Shown one piece after another: positions 47,691-56,705 of a stretch of DNA of 64,000 nucleotides. Below the pieces are notes generated by a model. That model ran no database searches, had not been told where the DNA came from, and saw only the letters and a list, made by a program, of their open reading frames with translations. The DNA comes from a phage. The position numbers and the translations under genes are program-made. The number at the start of each line of letters is the position of its first letter. The first letter of the stretch is position 1. Location of the stretch: the NCBI GenBank assembly GCA_033580375.1, contig GCA_033580375.1_4527.1. One strand, written 5' to 3'.

Positions 47691-48149
47691 CTAGATTTTA
47701 ATAACTGCTTTAGAAGCTTTTCCTGGTAGTCGTTTACTGTTAATAATAGCCATTCTACATTGAAGAGTCTTCATTTTGAATGCCGGATTTTCGCGACAAA
47801 CTGTAAGGCCTAGCCAAAGATTTCCATCAGTTATTTCTAAACGGCCTGGGCGGTATTCGACACCTTCGACAAAATCTTCATCAACATCTGGACGTGCCGG
47901 CATTGATAAAAATTCTGCAACTTCTTTAACGTGATTTTTTACTTTACGAAATAATTCAAAAACGTAATTCTCATCTATTTCTCTCTGGATGGCACGATCT
48001 AAGAGATGTTGAGAATACTTGATATGAAAGCCTGGTAGTCCAAGAGACTTTGCAGCATCTTTTATACCGGCATTTATTTTGCGGAACTCCGTTTCAAAGA
48101 TTCGACGGAGTTTATTACGGCGGATAAAAACTTCCGAATTGATAGTCAT
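47691..48149 (-). CDS. regB: endoribonuclease RegB
   Basis: MTIN.EVFIRRNKLRR.FE.EFR.IN...YSQHLLDRAIQREIDE.YVFELF...PGRLEITDGNLWLG.TVC...LQCRMAIINS.RLPGKASKAVIK matches T4 RegB. Confidence 0.9.
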   Translation of the reverse strand: MTINSEVFIRRNKLRRIFETEFRKINAGIKDAAKSLGLPGFHIKYSQHLLDRAIQREIDENYVFELFRKVKNHVKEVAEFLSMPARPDVDEDFVEGVEYRPGRLEITDGNLWLGLTVCRENPAFKMKTLQCRMAIINSKRLPGKASKAVIKI

Positions 48150-48157
48150 TTTGATTT

Positions 48158-48206
48158 CTCCTCTAGTTGACAGGTCTATAGTAACACAACTAGAGGAGAA
48201 GTAAAC
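48158..48206 (-). promoter_or_regulatory. early promoter embedded in 12-bp inverted repeat sequestering regB SD
   Basis: minus GTTTACtt-CTCCTCTAGTTG-[loop TGTTACTATAGACCTG]-CAACTAGAGGAG-aaatcaaa-ATG. Confidence 0.6.
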
Positions 48207-48210
48207 TACT

Positions 48211-48426
48211 TTATTGATAAAATGGAGTTAAAGCCCAAGATTCTTTAGATACCATATCGGCGAAATGCCTCATCTCTTCGATTTGGCGACGACGCTGGTC
48301 AGCATAGTCTTCTTCGCCTTCTTCTTTACAATCTTCAAGGTCTTCTTCAAGATACTTTAAGTATTCACTACAAATTTTGTTGATCTTTTCCTGGAAGTCC
48401 AATAACCCAGTAATAGTAGAAGCCAT
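48211..48426 (-). CDS. hypothetical protein
   Basis: 71-aa acidic ORF. Confidence 0.4.
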   Translation of the reverse strand: MASTITGLLDFQEKINKICSEYLKYLEEDLEDCKEEGEEDYADQRRRQIEEMRHFADMVSKESWALTPFYQ

Positions 48427-48692
48427 TAGTATTTTTCCTCAGGTCGAAATACTGCGCGGCATGCCCACATGCTGGCTTCTTTTAGATGTTGCTTAGCATA
48501 CTTAAGAGCCTGCACTGCATCCATATCTTCTTTGGTTTGTTGCTCTGTTTCATTTTCTTTCAAGATATATGCTTCTTCAATCAGAGCATCAAACAACAAT
48601 CCAAGACGGACTTCAGCATCTTTAATAGCGTTCACTTTACCAATTTTATCATCGGTATGCGGCTTGTAGCCTTTGATGTCTTCAATCGACAT
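48426..48692 (-). CDS. hypothetical protein (start trimmed to internal ATG)
   Basis: ORF 48426..48860 overlaps 48682..48906; internal Met MSIEDIKGYK gives compact arrangement. Confidence 0.4.
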   Translation of the reverse strand: MSIEDIKGYKPHTDDKIGKVNAIKDAEVRLGLLFDALIEEAYILKENETEQQTKEDMDAVQALKYAKQHLKEASMWACRAVFRPEEKY

Positions 48693-48906
48693 AAGGAATT
48701 TCCTCATCGGTGGCAAGGTCATATTCGACCAATTGGATAGGCTCATTAATACCATATCCACGTACAGTGATATCAGTTGTCGGATAGTTTCCAGTAATAT
48801 CACCCATTCTAAATGCTTCAATGAATGATTGCTCGCCTGAGCAACTAAACCAGGCGGCAAAACATTTTAAAACATCTTCAGACCCTTCTATAATCAATTT
48901 AGCCAT
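48682..48906 (-). CDS. hypothetical protein
   Basis: 74-aa ORF starting right at the GrcA-like stop. Confidence 0.4.
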   Translation of the reverse strand: MAKLIIEGSEDVLKCFAAWFSCSGEQSFIEAFRMGDITGNYPTTDITVRGYGINEPIQLVEYDLATDEEIPYVD

Positions 48907-49268
48907 TATAGACTCTCAGTAAAGGTACGAGCGATAACGTCGCGCTGCTGTTCTGGAGTCAGAGAGTTAAAGCGAACTGCATAACCGGATACACGAATGG
49001 TCAGCTGAGGATATTTTTCCGGATGCTTAACTGCATCTTCCAGAGTTTCACGACGCAGAACGTTAACGTTCAGATGTTGACCACCTTCAATTTTAACTTT
49101 AGGTTGATGTTCAATTTCAATTTCACGGGCATTCAAACCGTAGAAAATTTCAGGGTCTACAATAGCGTCTTCTTTAAAAGTCTTAGAGACAATAATCCGG
49201 GCTTGAGTACCGTCTTCAAAATAAATAGTGCCTTTATGTGCACCTTCAAGAATTTGATATGCTTTCAT
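48906..49268 (-). CDS. autonomous glycyl-radical cofactor, GrcA (YfiD)-like
   Basis: 120 aa; C-terminal [58 protein letters not shown] matches the E. coli GrcA C-terminus as recalled, including the RVSGY glycyl-radical motif. Confidence 0.85.
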   Translation of the reverse strand: MKAYQILEGAHKGTIYFEDGTQARIIVSKTFKEDAIVDPEIFYGLNAREIEIEHQPKVKIEGGQHLNVNVLRRETLEDAVKHPEKYPQLTIRVSGYAVRFNSLTPEQQRDVIARTFTESL

Positions 49269-49274
49269 ATAACC

Positions 49275-49583
49275 TCAATTAGAAAATAAATTTATCCAAG
49301 TTTTTTCTTTAATCAAAAATGGGTCGGAATTAAACGCCATTAAACTTTGAGTGATTAATCCCTTAAATGGCCCATCAATAAATTCCATTTTGAAATGCGG
49401 AATACTAGTCATCAACCGTGCATTAGGAGCAGTACAAAGAACCTGCTGACCTGCGAATGGACCTTTAGTCAAACGATATCGTTTAGGTTTAAAATGGTAG
49501 ATCTCGTAATTTTCTACAAGAGCCCTTTTATTGCATACTGGGCTATTATAACAATATTCAAAAACTTCAATAGTGGTCATCAT
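49275..49583 (-). CDS. hypothetical protein (start uncertain)
   Basis: ORF 49275..49646 trimmed to internal Met to avoid overlap. Confidence 0.4.
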   Translation of the reverse strand: MMTTIEVFEYCYNSPVCNKRALVENYEIYHFKPKRYRLTKGPFAGQQVLCTAPNARLMTSIPHFKMEFIDGPFKGLITQSLMAFNSDPFLIKEKTWINLFSN

Positions 49584-50119
49584 TGCATTCCAATCACAAA
49601 AAATTGAGGACGAGCAATACCGCCGATGCAATATTTGCTTTTGCAACAGTGTTGGACTGTTTTAATATGTATGTTATAAATCTTATCCATATCAGGAGCT
49701 TTAATAGGCTCGTCAATTATATACAGAATACGAGAAAGCGTTAATCCACGGAATTTAGAACCTTCGTTGCCAATAAAACTACGGACAGAATCAGTAAATA
49801 AACGGAATCGAATATCGTCGCTAGAATAACGAGAAAATTCTTTTTTAATGTTGCCAGCAGAAATTTTAGAATAAGCTGAAGTATTAGAAAGAATAATAAC
49901 TGTTCCACCATCATACAGCCAATTAACAGCAAAATTAGTTACTGCGGTCGATTTACCTGATTGTCTGCCGCCGTCTAAACGAAGTGTACAGTACTGCTTG
50001 AGTACGTCTTCAAATGGTGGGGCATAACCGTTCTTACAAATTTCTTCTACTCTAGCATCAGAATGGTGTGTAAAAGCATTCATCAGGGATAGATAAGGTC
50101 CAGTTAAAAATGTTCTCAT
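49580..50119 (-). CDS. small P-loop ATPase (start uncertain)
   Basis: Walker A GGRQSGKST and Walker B ILYIIDEP; ATG at 50119 chosen, ORF could extend to 50233. Confidence 0.45.
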   Translation of the reverse strand: MRTFLTGPYLSLMNAFTHHSDARVEEICKNGYAPPFEDVLKQYCTLRLDGGRQSGKSTAVTNFAVNWLYDGGTVIILSNTSAYSKISAGNIKKEFSRYSSDDIRFRLFTDSVRSFIGNEGSKFRGLTLSRILYIIDEPIKAPDMDKIYNIHIKTVQHCCKSKYCIGGIARPQFFVIGMQ

Positions 50120-50282
50120 ATTATTTCTCTTAAGGTTGGGGGCCATTCCATGGCGCATGAATTGTCCATTTCTGTATTTACCCATTACCGCACTTGGGCT
50201 CGACCTTATTACAGGTTGGCGGGAATCCCTCATAGAATCATGAGGTCCAGGTTGTTCCCATTTTATTTGAATGTAAATATTT

Positions 50283-50328
50283 TTGCCACGTGTTTACGAA
50301 TTATACCAAAAAAAAAACACGTGGCAAT
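50283..50328 (-). promoter_or_regulatory. sigma70-like promoter (TTGCCA-16-TGgTATAAT) inside a perfect 12-bp inverted repeat
   Basis: plus ttgccacgtgtt...aacacgtggcaa; minus strand reads TTGCCAcgtg-T10-gg-TATAAT. Confidence 0.45.
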
Positions 50329-50452
50329 TCACAGTATTCGGCGATTAAATGTTGATCAGCAAATTTAGATACTAAAGTCAAATTAATATAAGTCATTTAC
50401 CCATCCAAGTAATTATGAATATACTATCACAATTCTAGGAGAAAGTAAACTG

Positions 50453-50755
50453 TTATTTACCTTTAATTACTTTAGCTGCTTCGATAGCCGCTTGCTGAAG
50501 GTCATCCATAGACATACCGAATTTAGAAGCAAAGTTATCAATTTTCTTTTCGACAGCATTCAAAGGCTTGGCCTGTTTACCTTCATTAGCGCCAGGAAGA
50601 GCGAGAATACGCTCTTTGTCAATATAAAGGCTTACAAGTTTCTTACGGTCTTTATCGGACAAATCATGAAATGAATGGGCCTTTTTATTTATAGCGGCTT
50701 CTAATTTACCTGCACTCACTCGAGCTTCAGTAATAAATTCTTGATATGTTTTCAT
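50453..50755 (-). CDS. ipII: internal protein IPII-like (capsid-targeting N-terminus)
   Basis: 100 aa; N-terminal MKTYQEFITEA matches the T4 internal-protein targeting sequence cleaved by the prohead protease. Confidence 0.65.
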   Translation of the reverse strand: MKTYQEFITEARVSAGKLEAAINKKAHSFHDLSDKDRKKLVSLYIDKERILALPGANEGKQAKPLNAVEKKIDNFASKFGMSMDDLQQAAIEAAKVIKGK

Positions 50756-50796
50756 ATGTTTCCTTTAAATGTAAATAGGCCTATACTTAGACCTTA

Positions 50797-51375
50797 TTAA
50801 TTACCACGGGCTGCATTAGCAACGGCGTAAGCGTACTGAACATTAGCGTCTTTAAACGTACCTTTAGATGTATCTATTTCTGCCTTAAAGCCACCTTTAG
50901 CCATAACATCGGCAAATTCTTTACGGAAAGCCATTGCATCAAGACCTTTCCATGATGATTTATGCTTGGCAAATTCAAGACCAGCGTAGTTGACAGCTTT
51001 AGCTAATTTATTATCAATAACCCATTTACCGGCTTTAGGCACAAACTTCGGGCCTTTTTGTTTAGAGAACAGTTTTAAATTCCAGCGACGAAGGTCACTG
51101 TCGGCTTTAACAAAAGCTGCGTCTAAGTTACTAGCAACAACATCTTCAATATGAGCAAATTTAAGTCCGTCAACTTCAATATTTAGATCGTTACGCCAGC
51201 GTAGTCCTTCCCAAGCGAAGGCTTTAAAATCAGAAGCCTTTGTAGCTAAGTACCGTTCAATAGGAGCTGTTTTAGGGTCAAAGCCGTTTCCGCCACGATA
51301 AGTCCACTCGTCCTTATTAATGCCTTGAGCTTTTCCTGCAAAGGCCTCGGCGATAAATTCTTTATACGTTTTCAT
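50797..51375 (-). CDS. ipIII: internal protein IPIII-like
   Basis: 192 aa; N-terminal MKTYKEFIAEA. Confidence 0.65.
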   Translation of the reverse strand: MKTYKEFIAEAFAGKAQGINKDEWTYRGGNGFDPKTAPIERYLATKASDFKAFAWEGLRWRNDLNIEVDGLKFAHIEDVVASNLDAAFVKADSDLRRWNLKLFSKQKGPKFVPKAGKWVIDNKLAKAVNYAGLEFAKHKSSWKGLDAMAFRKEFADVMAKGGFKAEIDTSKGTFKDANVQYAYAVANAARGN

Positions 51376-51438
51376 TTTTGTTTCCTTGTTTGTTTTGATA
51401 GAGTAATTATACCATATTAATACTTAAGCGTAAACAAT

Positions 51439-51699
51439 TTAAGCTTTACCGCCAGAAATAATTCCGAAGTTGTTAAAATCGTATCCAATATCGTCAGCAT
51501 CTACTTTAGGACTTGCTACAACATAAGCAATTTCACTACGTTTTGCATAGGTGTTGATTTCTTTACCATCGCCACCTAAGAAAGAATACCCATTACGTTT
51601 TAATGAGCCAAAGTCTTCCGCATCACCAATGAAAGCTTTAACTTTAAATTTGGGGTCTTTGGCATCCGCTTCAGTGATAAATTCTTGATACATTTTCAT
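51439..51699 (-). CDS. internal-protein-like (CTS-bearing) small protein
   Basis: 86 aa; N-terminal MKMYQEFITEA. Confidence 0.55.
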   Translation of the reverse strand: MKMYQEFITEADAKDPKFKVKAFIGDAEDFGSLKRNGYSFLGGDGKEINTYAKRSEIAYVVASPKVDADDIGYDFNNFGIISGGKA

Positions 51700-51705
51700 T
51701 TTTCC

Positions 51706-52119
51706 TTAGTAAATTGATTTACCATAGTATTTGTACCAAGTGGGACGTTGAGCAATTTTTTCATCTAAGCGTGCTTGACTTATCGCAATGGACGCTTCGG
51801 ACGGGACATAATTATTACGAAATTCTACAGGAATGTCGGAAATATCCTGGACTGTCGTGTCCTTGATTTTGAAACCACGTTTCAAACATTCAGCTATTAG
51901 CTCGATTTGACGTAAACGTAAAAATTCGAGTTTGTCGTAAAAGAATGTTACGTGGCCCGTGCCTAAAATAAATGTTGGAGAGATTTTAAAATCTTTTACA
52001 CGTTTACCATTTTGAACATGTTTACGGACTGCACCGAATACACGAGGTAATTCACGATACTCAGCCATAAGATGTTGGTCGGTCAGTTCAGAAACAAGTG
52101 TTAAATTGATACGGGTCAT
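51706..52119 (-). CDS. denV: endonuclease V (pyrimidine-dimer DNA glycosylase) DenV
   Basis: [91 protein letters not shown] near-identical to T4 DenV. Confidence 0.9.
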   Translation of the reverse strand: MTRINLTLVSELTDQHLMAEYRELPRVFGAVRKHVQNGKRVKDFKISPTFILGTGHVTFFYDKLEFLRLRQIELIAECLKRGFKIKDTTVQDISDIPVEFRNNYVPSEASIAISQARLDEKIAQRPTWYKYYGKSIY

Positions 52120-52177
52120 AATTTCCTCCAAGTAGTTGATAGATGTATAGTATCAAAACCCTTGGAGGAAGTAAACA
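52120..52177 (-). promoter_or_regulatory. early promoter with inverted repeat (cctccaag / cttggagg)
   Basis: minus GTTTACttCCTCCAAGggttttgatactatacatctatcaactaCTTGGAGG. Confidence 0.45.
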
Positions 52178-52459
52178 CTATTTTTCTGAAGCGCCTGAAA
52201 TATATTTTTCAAGACGTTGTTTCATCAGCGAGCCGTTCTTAGCGATTTCTTCGGGTTTATCGCACATACGCAACAGTGCTTCAAGCTTAACGATATCACT
52301 GGTGCGCTCAAATTTGCGAGTATCTATCTTACTGGCAAGTTCAGAAATACGTGCTAATAGACTTTCAGCTTCGACCAAAGCTGCACCTAGCTTAGTTGCA
52401 AATGTGTCAGTAGCTTCATTAAGAATAGATTCTGATAAAAATTCATTATATGTTTTCAT
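52178..52459 (-). CDS. internal-protein-like (CTS-bearing) protein
   Basis: [11 protein letters not shown] from ATG 52459, which overlaps the lysozyme TGA (ATGA). Confidence 0.5.
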   Translation of the reverse strand: MKTYNEFLSESILNEATDTFATKLGAALVEAESLLARISELASKIDTRKFERTSDIVKLEALLRMCDKPEEIAKNGSLMKQRLEKYISGASEK

Positions 52460-52944
52460 ATATACGCTTTCCAAGTTCCTGTTTTAAATGTTGAGATTAC
52501 GCGTTTCGCGCGATTAGGTGTCTGACGATACCATTTAGATTGGGCGAGATTTACTGCCGCTTCATCCCAACGTTTCTGTTGAAGCATACGAAGAGAATTA
52601 GTAAAACCAGCAACGCCTGCTACACCCATTTGGAAGACCATATTGACCAATGCACATCGACGAACTGCATCTAAAGAATCATATACCGGTTTAAGTTTAG
52701 CATTACCCAAGATTCCGCGAACGGCTTTATCAACATCTTCATTAAATAGCTTTTCAGCCTCATCAAGGGTAATTGTACCGTTGCATTTACGACCGATCAT
52801 TCTATCAAGTTCAGCTTTAGCTACGGCTAAAGACGGGTTCTTTGTTACCAAATGGCCTATGCCAATAGTCCAAAAGCCTTCGGTGTCTTTGTATAAAGAC
52901 AGTCTAAGACCTTCGTCATTACGAAGCATTTCAAATATATTCAT
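52456..52944 (-). CDS. e: lysozyme (endolysin) e
   Basis: [37 protein letters not shown]...[50 protein letters not shown] near-identical to T4 lysozyme. Confidence 0.9.
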   Translation of the reverse strand: MNIFEMLRNDEGLRLSLYKDTEGFWTIGIGHLVTKNPSLAVAKAELDRMIGRKCNGTITLDEAEKLFNEDVDKAVRGILGNAKLKPVYDSLDAVRRCALVNMVFQMGVAGVAGFTNSLRMLQQKRWDEAAVNLAQSKWYRQTPNRAKRVISTFKTGTWKAYI

Positions 52945-52949
52945 AATAC

Positions 52950-52975
52950 CTCCCACGTTTATAGGAGGTATTTAT
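52950..52975 (-). promoter_or_regulatory. hairpin sequestering the gene e SD, with late-promoter-like TATAAAC in loop
   Basis: plus tacctcc-cacgtttata-ggaggta; minus RNA ACCUCC pairs with GGAGGU (SD) just 5' of AUG, as in the classical T4 gene e arrangement. Confidence 0.55.
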
Positions 52976-52978
52976 TAC

Positions 52979-53437
52979 TTATAGGAGTGTAGTGAGCACC
53001 TTATATAATGATTTGCCCATCACATATTCCCATTGAGAAGGTTTAATTAAAGCGAATGCATCAAATTCAGGAATCTGTCGTCCGTCTGGGAATGTATGAT
53101 AGGAATTACAAACACTGTTTCTGAATTGCTCGTGCTCTACAGGGATGGTATATAGGAACAGATGAATATTCTTATTGTCTGAGTAATGATGTTCGCCTAG
53201 GTCTTTCAGGAAGGCAGGGTCATATTGTGTAAACCCAGTTTCTTCTTCGCATTCACGAATAGCGGCTTCGATAGGAGATTCGCCGGGTTCGACACGGCCT
53301 TTAGGAATATCCCACCGATGAGCTAAAGAACCTTTAGGACGAGAACCAGTTACACGGCCCATGAATAACTCTTTATCTTCGGTAAGGAAAATAATACCGG
53401 CTGATAGCTCTTTCACTTTATTTTTCTTACTCATCAT
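52979..53437 (-). CDS. nudE: Nudix hydrolase NudE
   Basis: 152 aa; Nudix box GRVEPGESPIEAAIRECEEETGF. Confidence 0.8.
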   Translation of the reverse strand: MMSKKNKVKELSAGIIFLTEDKELFMGRVTGSRPKGSLAHRWDIPKGRVEPGESPIEAAIRECEEETGFTQYDPAFLKDLGEHHYSDNKNIHLFLYTIPVEHEQFRNSVCNSYHTFPDGRQIPEFDAFALIKPSQWEYVMGKSLYKVLTTLL

Positions 53438-53678
53438 CTCGGTCCCATGATTTAGCCATTAATTCGGACATAAATTCTTCAATGCGCGTTTCTTTAGATG
53501 GACTTTCACTATTAGAGACCGCAAGTTTGTAATCTGCAATAGGACGGAACAAATCAAGGTCCATATTAAGATCGTCTTTGATTTTTTCTTCTGACACATC
53601 TTTATCATATGTGTACAGATAACTATCACATGATTCTGATTTAATGTAAATTGCTATACTCATCTCAAATTCCTGCAT
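53427..53678 (-). CDS. hypothetical protein
   Basis: 83-aa acidic ORF. Confidence 0.4.
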   Translation of the reverse strand: MQEFEMSIAIYIKSESCDSYLYTYDKDVSEEKIKDDLNMDLDLFRPIADYKLAVSNSESPSKETRIEEFMSELMAKSWDRDDE

Positions 53679-54151
53679 TCGGTAATAAAACGTTCAACTT
53701 CATTATTCTTGGCTTTTATCTTGTCTTTACGTTCCTGTAAACTACTTTTAACAAGATTAATAATGATGCCTATAGTACCTCCACCAATAATACCACCAAT
53801 AATACTTACGATAGTAGATGCTAATAATATAGCGATAATATCTGGTATGGCAAAGGCACTTACTTTAGTACTAAAAAACCATACCGACGGTGCAAATATA
53901 ATCCATCCTGTTATCCATTGGCACTTATTGAAAAACTTTTCAAGCTCAGCTTGAGTTGTTCGTATTACTTCATCGATAGGTTGATATCCATTAATGTATC
54001 TGTTCACGATAATACCTGCTGGCTGGTCGATTTTAAATTCTTGGCAAATACGTTTCACTAAGTAGGATGGACATCCTGTCCAATCTACTGAGTAGTACGA
54101 AATACCTTCATTACCGTCGTCTATATTAGACCAATATGTTTTGTTAATCAT
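53660..54151 (-). CDS. membrane-anchored protein
   Basis: 163 aa; hydrophobic segments in C-terminal half including Gly-zipper IIGGIIGGGTIGII. Confidence 0.45.
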   Translation of the reverse strand: MINKTYWSNIDDGNEGISYYSVDWTGCPSYLVKRICQEFKIDQPAGIIVNRYINGYQPIDEVIRTTQAELEKFFNKCQWITGWIIFAPSVWFFSTKVSAFAIPDIIAILLASTIVSIIGGIIGGGTIGIIINLVKSSLQERKDKIKAKNNEVERFITECRNLR

Positions 54152-54837
54152 TACCAGCCTTCCATAGGGAATTCCAGATAAACTTGGGCATTGACACGAA
54201 TTTCATTGGTAATCTTTTTAACTCGGTCTGTATTACGAGATACACGTCCGAACCAACGCCATCCATTACTAATTGCACGAGAACCAGTGTGCCATGTTTG
54301 CCAATCAAACTGAAGAAGAGTACGGTCTGGAGCTTCCCATTTCTCTAGTTCACCTTTTTCAATTTTTTCGAGGACTTCTTTGTGCCATTGTCGATAGATA
54401 AGTTCGCCATCAGGAATCTGACTGAACTCTGCAGTTCCTGTTGCAAAATGAGTAGGACACACGTCAGCGTTAACAAGGCCAAGAATATGTTCAGACAAAT
54501 AGCGAGGATTGTCATAATCAGGTTGTCCTGCAGTAATAAAATGTTGACCAACTGGAATATCCGGGCGTGGTACATCGTCATGGTGATAACCTGGGATAGC
54601 AGGGTACCAACCAGGCATCAGCATGTGGACTCGTGAATCAAATACCACATCCGAGCCTTTCCAATCGTCAGGGAGATTTTGGATAAAGCTACGAGTAATT
54701 GGGCCGCCATTATCAAAAGCAAAATTCAAATCGCAGTTAAAGAACATAGGCTCGTTTTTAATCTGGTCATTTTTAATCGCATGAGCAAAACCACCTACTG
54801 CACGAGCTTGACTATTAAACACTTTAGAACTATTCAT
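54151..54837 (-). CDS. hypothetical protein
   Basis: 228-aa ORF. Confidence 0.45.
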   Translation of the reverse strand: MNSSKVFNSQARAVGGFAHAIKNDQIKNEPMFFNCDLNFAFDNGGPITRSFIQNLPDDWKGSDVVFDSRVHMLMPGWYPAIPGYHHDDVPRPDIPVGQHFITAGQPDYDNPRYLSEHILGLVNADVCPTHFATGTAEFSQIPDGELIYRQWHKEVLEKIEKGELEKWEAPDRTLLQFDWQTWHTGSRAISNGWRWFGRVSRNTDRVKKITNEIRVNAQVYLEFPMEGW

Positions 54838-54838
54838 A

Positions 54839-55144
54839 TTATTTTCCTCGACATTCTTTAATGAAATTTTCTAGATTGGTAGATTCAATAGCTTTTTTAC
54901 GAGCTTCTGCATGTTCTTCTTCAGACAATTTACATTTATAATTAACCCAGACGTTATGGTCAAAACTAGTCGTGGCGTATAATAACAAAGCCCCGACAAA
55001 TAATAAAAATGGTGATAAGAATACAAAACCAGGAACACCATCCATATCGTAAGCCTTTTGTAATACTGCAACAGAAAGAGCTGCATAAAAAGGTGATGCA
55101 AATATTGTTAAAAGACCAATTCGGTTGGTTTCTGTTAATTTCAT
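54839..55144 (-). CDS. membrane protein
   Basis: 101 aa with two hydrophobic helices. Confidence 0.45.
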   Translation of the reverse strand: MKLTETNRIGLLTIFASPFYAALSVAVLQKAYDMDGVPGFVFLSPFLLFVGALLLYATTSFDHNVWVNYKCKLSEEEHAEARKKAIESTNLENFIKECRGK

Positions 55145-55165
55145 AATATTCTCCTCATGTTTTAA

Positions 55166-55202
55166 TAGGACTACTATAACATAGTCCTATAATTGTGTAA
55201 AC
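55166..55202 (-). promoter_or_regulatory. early promoter with TAGGACTA / TAGTCCTA inverted repeat
   Basis: taggactactataacatagtccta + gtaaac; copy of the 44065 cassette. Confidence 0.55.
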
Positions 55203-55214
55203 AGTTTTGCGAAA

Positions 55215-56171
55215 TTATTTGAAAGGTTTTACCATATGGAAATTTTGTTTGAAACGTTTGACGTAATCATCATGTCCTAAGCTTTGGTACATACTTACTA
55301 CTTTGCTGTAGTTTTCCCAAGCGTATTCACGGAACCAACCGGAGGTGATGCTTGTGCAGACTTTTTCTAATGCCATCATAAAACTGGCTTCAGGGTTAAT
55401 TTTAAAGTCATTAGGAATCTGAGAACGTTCTAATGCTAGTACACATGATTCTTCGTATACACCGGCCAATTTGACCATTTCTGGTAATGATTCGAACTTC
55501 TCGCGTGAGGTCATGACTTCAGAACCATCTTTCATGTAAAACGTATAAGCAGGGCGGTCTGTTAGTGCAATGGCTTCGTGAATAGTATCATGGACATACG
55601 TATAGATGTCATCTTTAAAGAATGCGCTTTTAGAAGTGTCAAGAACTGGGTGAGCATAGTTCAAGGTTTCTTTCTGGCGTTTCAGCATAATTTCAGTAAG
55701 TTCATCGTTCAGTGTAACACCTTTACCACGAAGATACTGAATATGGTTCATAGTCTTTAAAAAGAATGGATTATTTTTCTTGAAACGATGAGACATCTTA
55801 ATTGCAAGACACATCTCAGGAGTTGCCCAGTAAAACCCGTTCAAACGGTCTTTAGTCAAATTTTTCTTGGCGTATTTTAAAAGGTCATAAGAAGACGTGA
55901 AATCTTCAGGAGTGAGTTCACCGACTAATTCACGGACATTAGTGATTGCCGGAACAATATATGCTTCAAAATGAGTTTCGCGTCCATTATGGAAGCATTT
56001 GAAAACTTGGACATCAGGATTATCTTGGTGAACATATACACCCATCATTTGATTTTTGAATGCATTCCAAGAACCTTGGTCCGCAATAAAGTCCCAGTCA
56101 CTATTTTTAATAGCGCTAGAATCAATAAGGCCGTGATAGTGAAGTGCACGAGAACCAATAACTAACATCAT
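55215..56171 (-). CDS. hypothetical protein
   Basis: 318-aa ORF, no motif recognised. Confidence 0.5.
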   Translation of the reverse strand: MMLVIGSRALHYHGLIDSSAIKNSDWDFIADQGSWNAFKNQMMGVYVHQDNPDVQVFKCFHNGRETHFEAYIVPAITNVRELVGELTPEDFTSSYDLLKYAKKNLTKDRLNGFYWATPEMCLAIKMSHRFKKNNPFFLKTMNHIQYLRGKGVTLNDELTEIMLKRQKETLNYAHPVLDTSKSAFFKDDIYTYVHDTIHEAIALTDRPAYTFYMKDGSEVMTSREKFESLPEMVKLAGVYEESCVLALERSQIPNDFKINPEASFMMALEKVCTSITSGWFREYAWENYSKVVSMYQSLGHDDYVKRFKQNFHMVKPFK

Positions 56172-56196
56172 AATAATTTCCTCGAATTTAGATTAC

Positions 56197-56448
56197 TTAA
56201 ATTTCGCGACATGCGATATTATATTCATCCCAGAGGTCATCGTGTGAAGCCTCTACCAATGGAACGATTGTACCGTTTATGTCTTCATTATAAGGACAAA
56301 TTGTACAGTGCGCATCTTCGAATCGTATGCCTTTGTGTTCAGATTTTTTATAACGCATATCGAATATCTTTGCAAACTTTTCACGAGTAATGGTTTTACC
56401 AACCACTTTGGTTCCGATACTTTCGTAATAAATCATTGTGGACTCCAT
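56197..56448 (-). CDS. hypothetical protein
   Basis: 83-aa ORF. Confidence 0.4.
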   Translation of the reverse strand: MESTMIYYESIGTKVVGKTITREKFAKIFDMRYKKSEHKGIRFEDAHCTICPYNEDINGTIVPLVEASHDDLWDEYNIACREI

Positions 56449-56456
56449 TTAATTTG

Positions 56457-56494
56457 ATAGGACTACTATAACATAGCCCTATCTTGTTGTAAAC
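56457..56494 (-). promoter_or_regulatory. early promoter cassette (taggactactataacatagccctat)
   Basis: near-copy of the 44065 cassette with GTTTAC. Confidence 0.5.
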
Positions 56495-56498
56495 TGTT

Positions 56499-56696
56499 TT
56501 AGCAAGAATAACTAGACGATACCCAGCCTTGAACAGTAATACTATTATTGGATAATGAGATTGCGTTCTGGAGATTCAGACCTGCGTTATCTTCAATCCA
56601 CAATGTAACTTCTTCGCGTTCTTCTGTTGCAATTTGGAACAGGTTTTCCAGAGCAGCTACTGCCGTACGTACAGCACAATCTAATTCACGAGACAT
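56499..56696 (-). CDS. small protein, paralog family with C-terminal GWVSSS..C (member 3)
   Basis: 65 aa ending QGWVSSSYSC. Confidence 0.45.
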   Translation of the reverse strand: MSRELDCAVRTAVAALENLFQIATEEREEVTLWIEDNAGLNLQNAISLSNNSITVQGWVSSSYSC

Positions 56697-56705
56697 ATGG
56701 TTTCC

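Noticed and set aside
54151-54837. 2OG-Fe(II) oxygenase call based on an HHDD...H...R pattern
   Set aside because: Motif spacing is atypical and single His/Asp patterns occur by chance; left as hypothetical.
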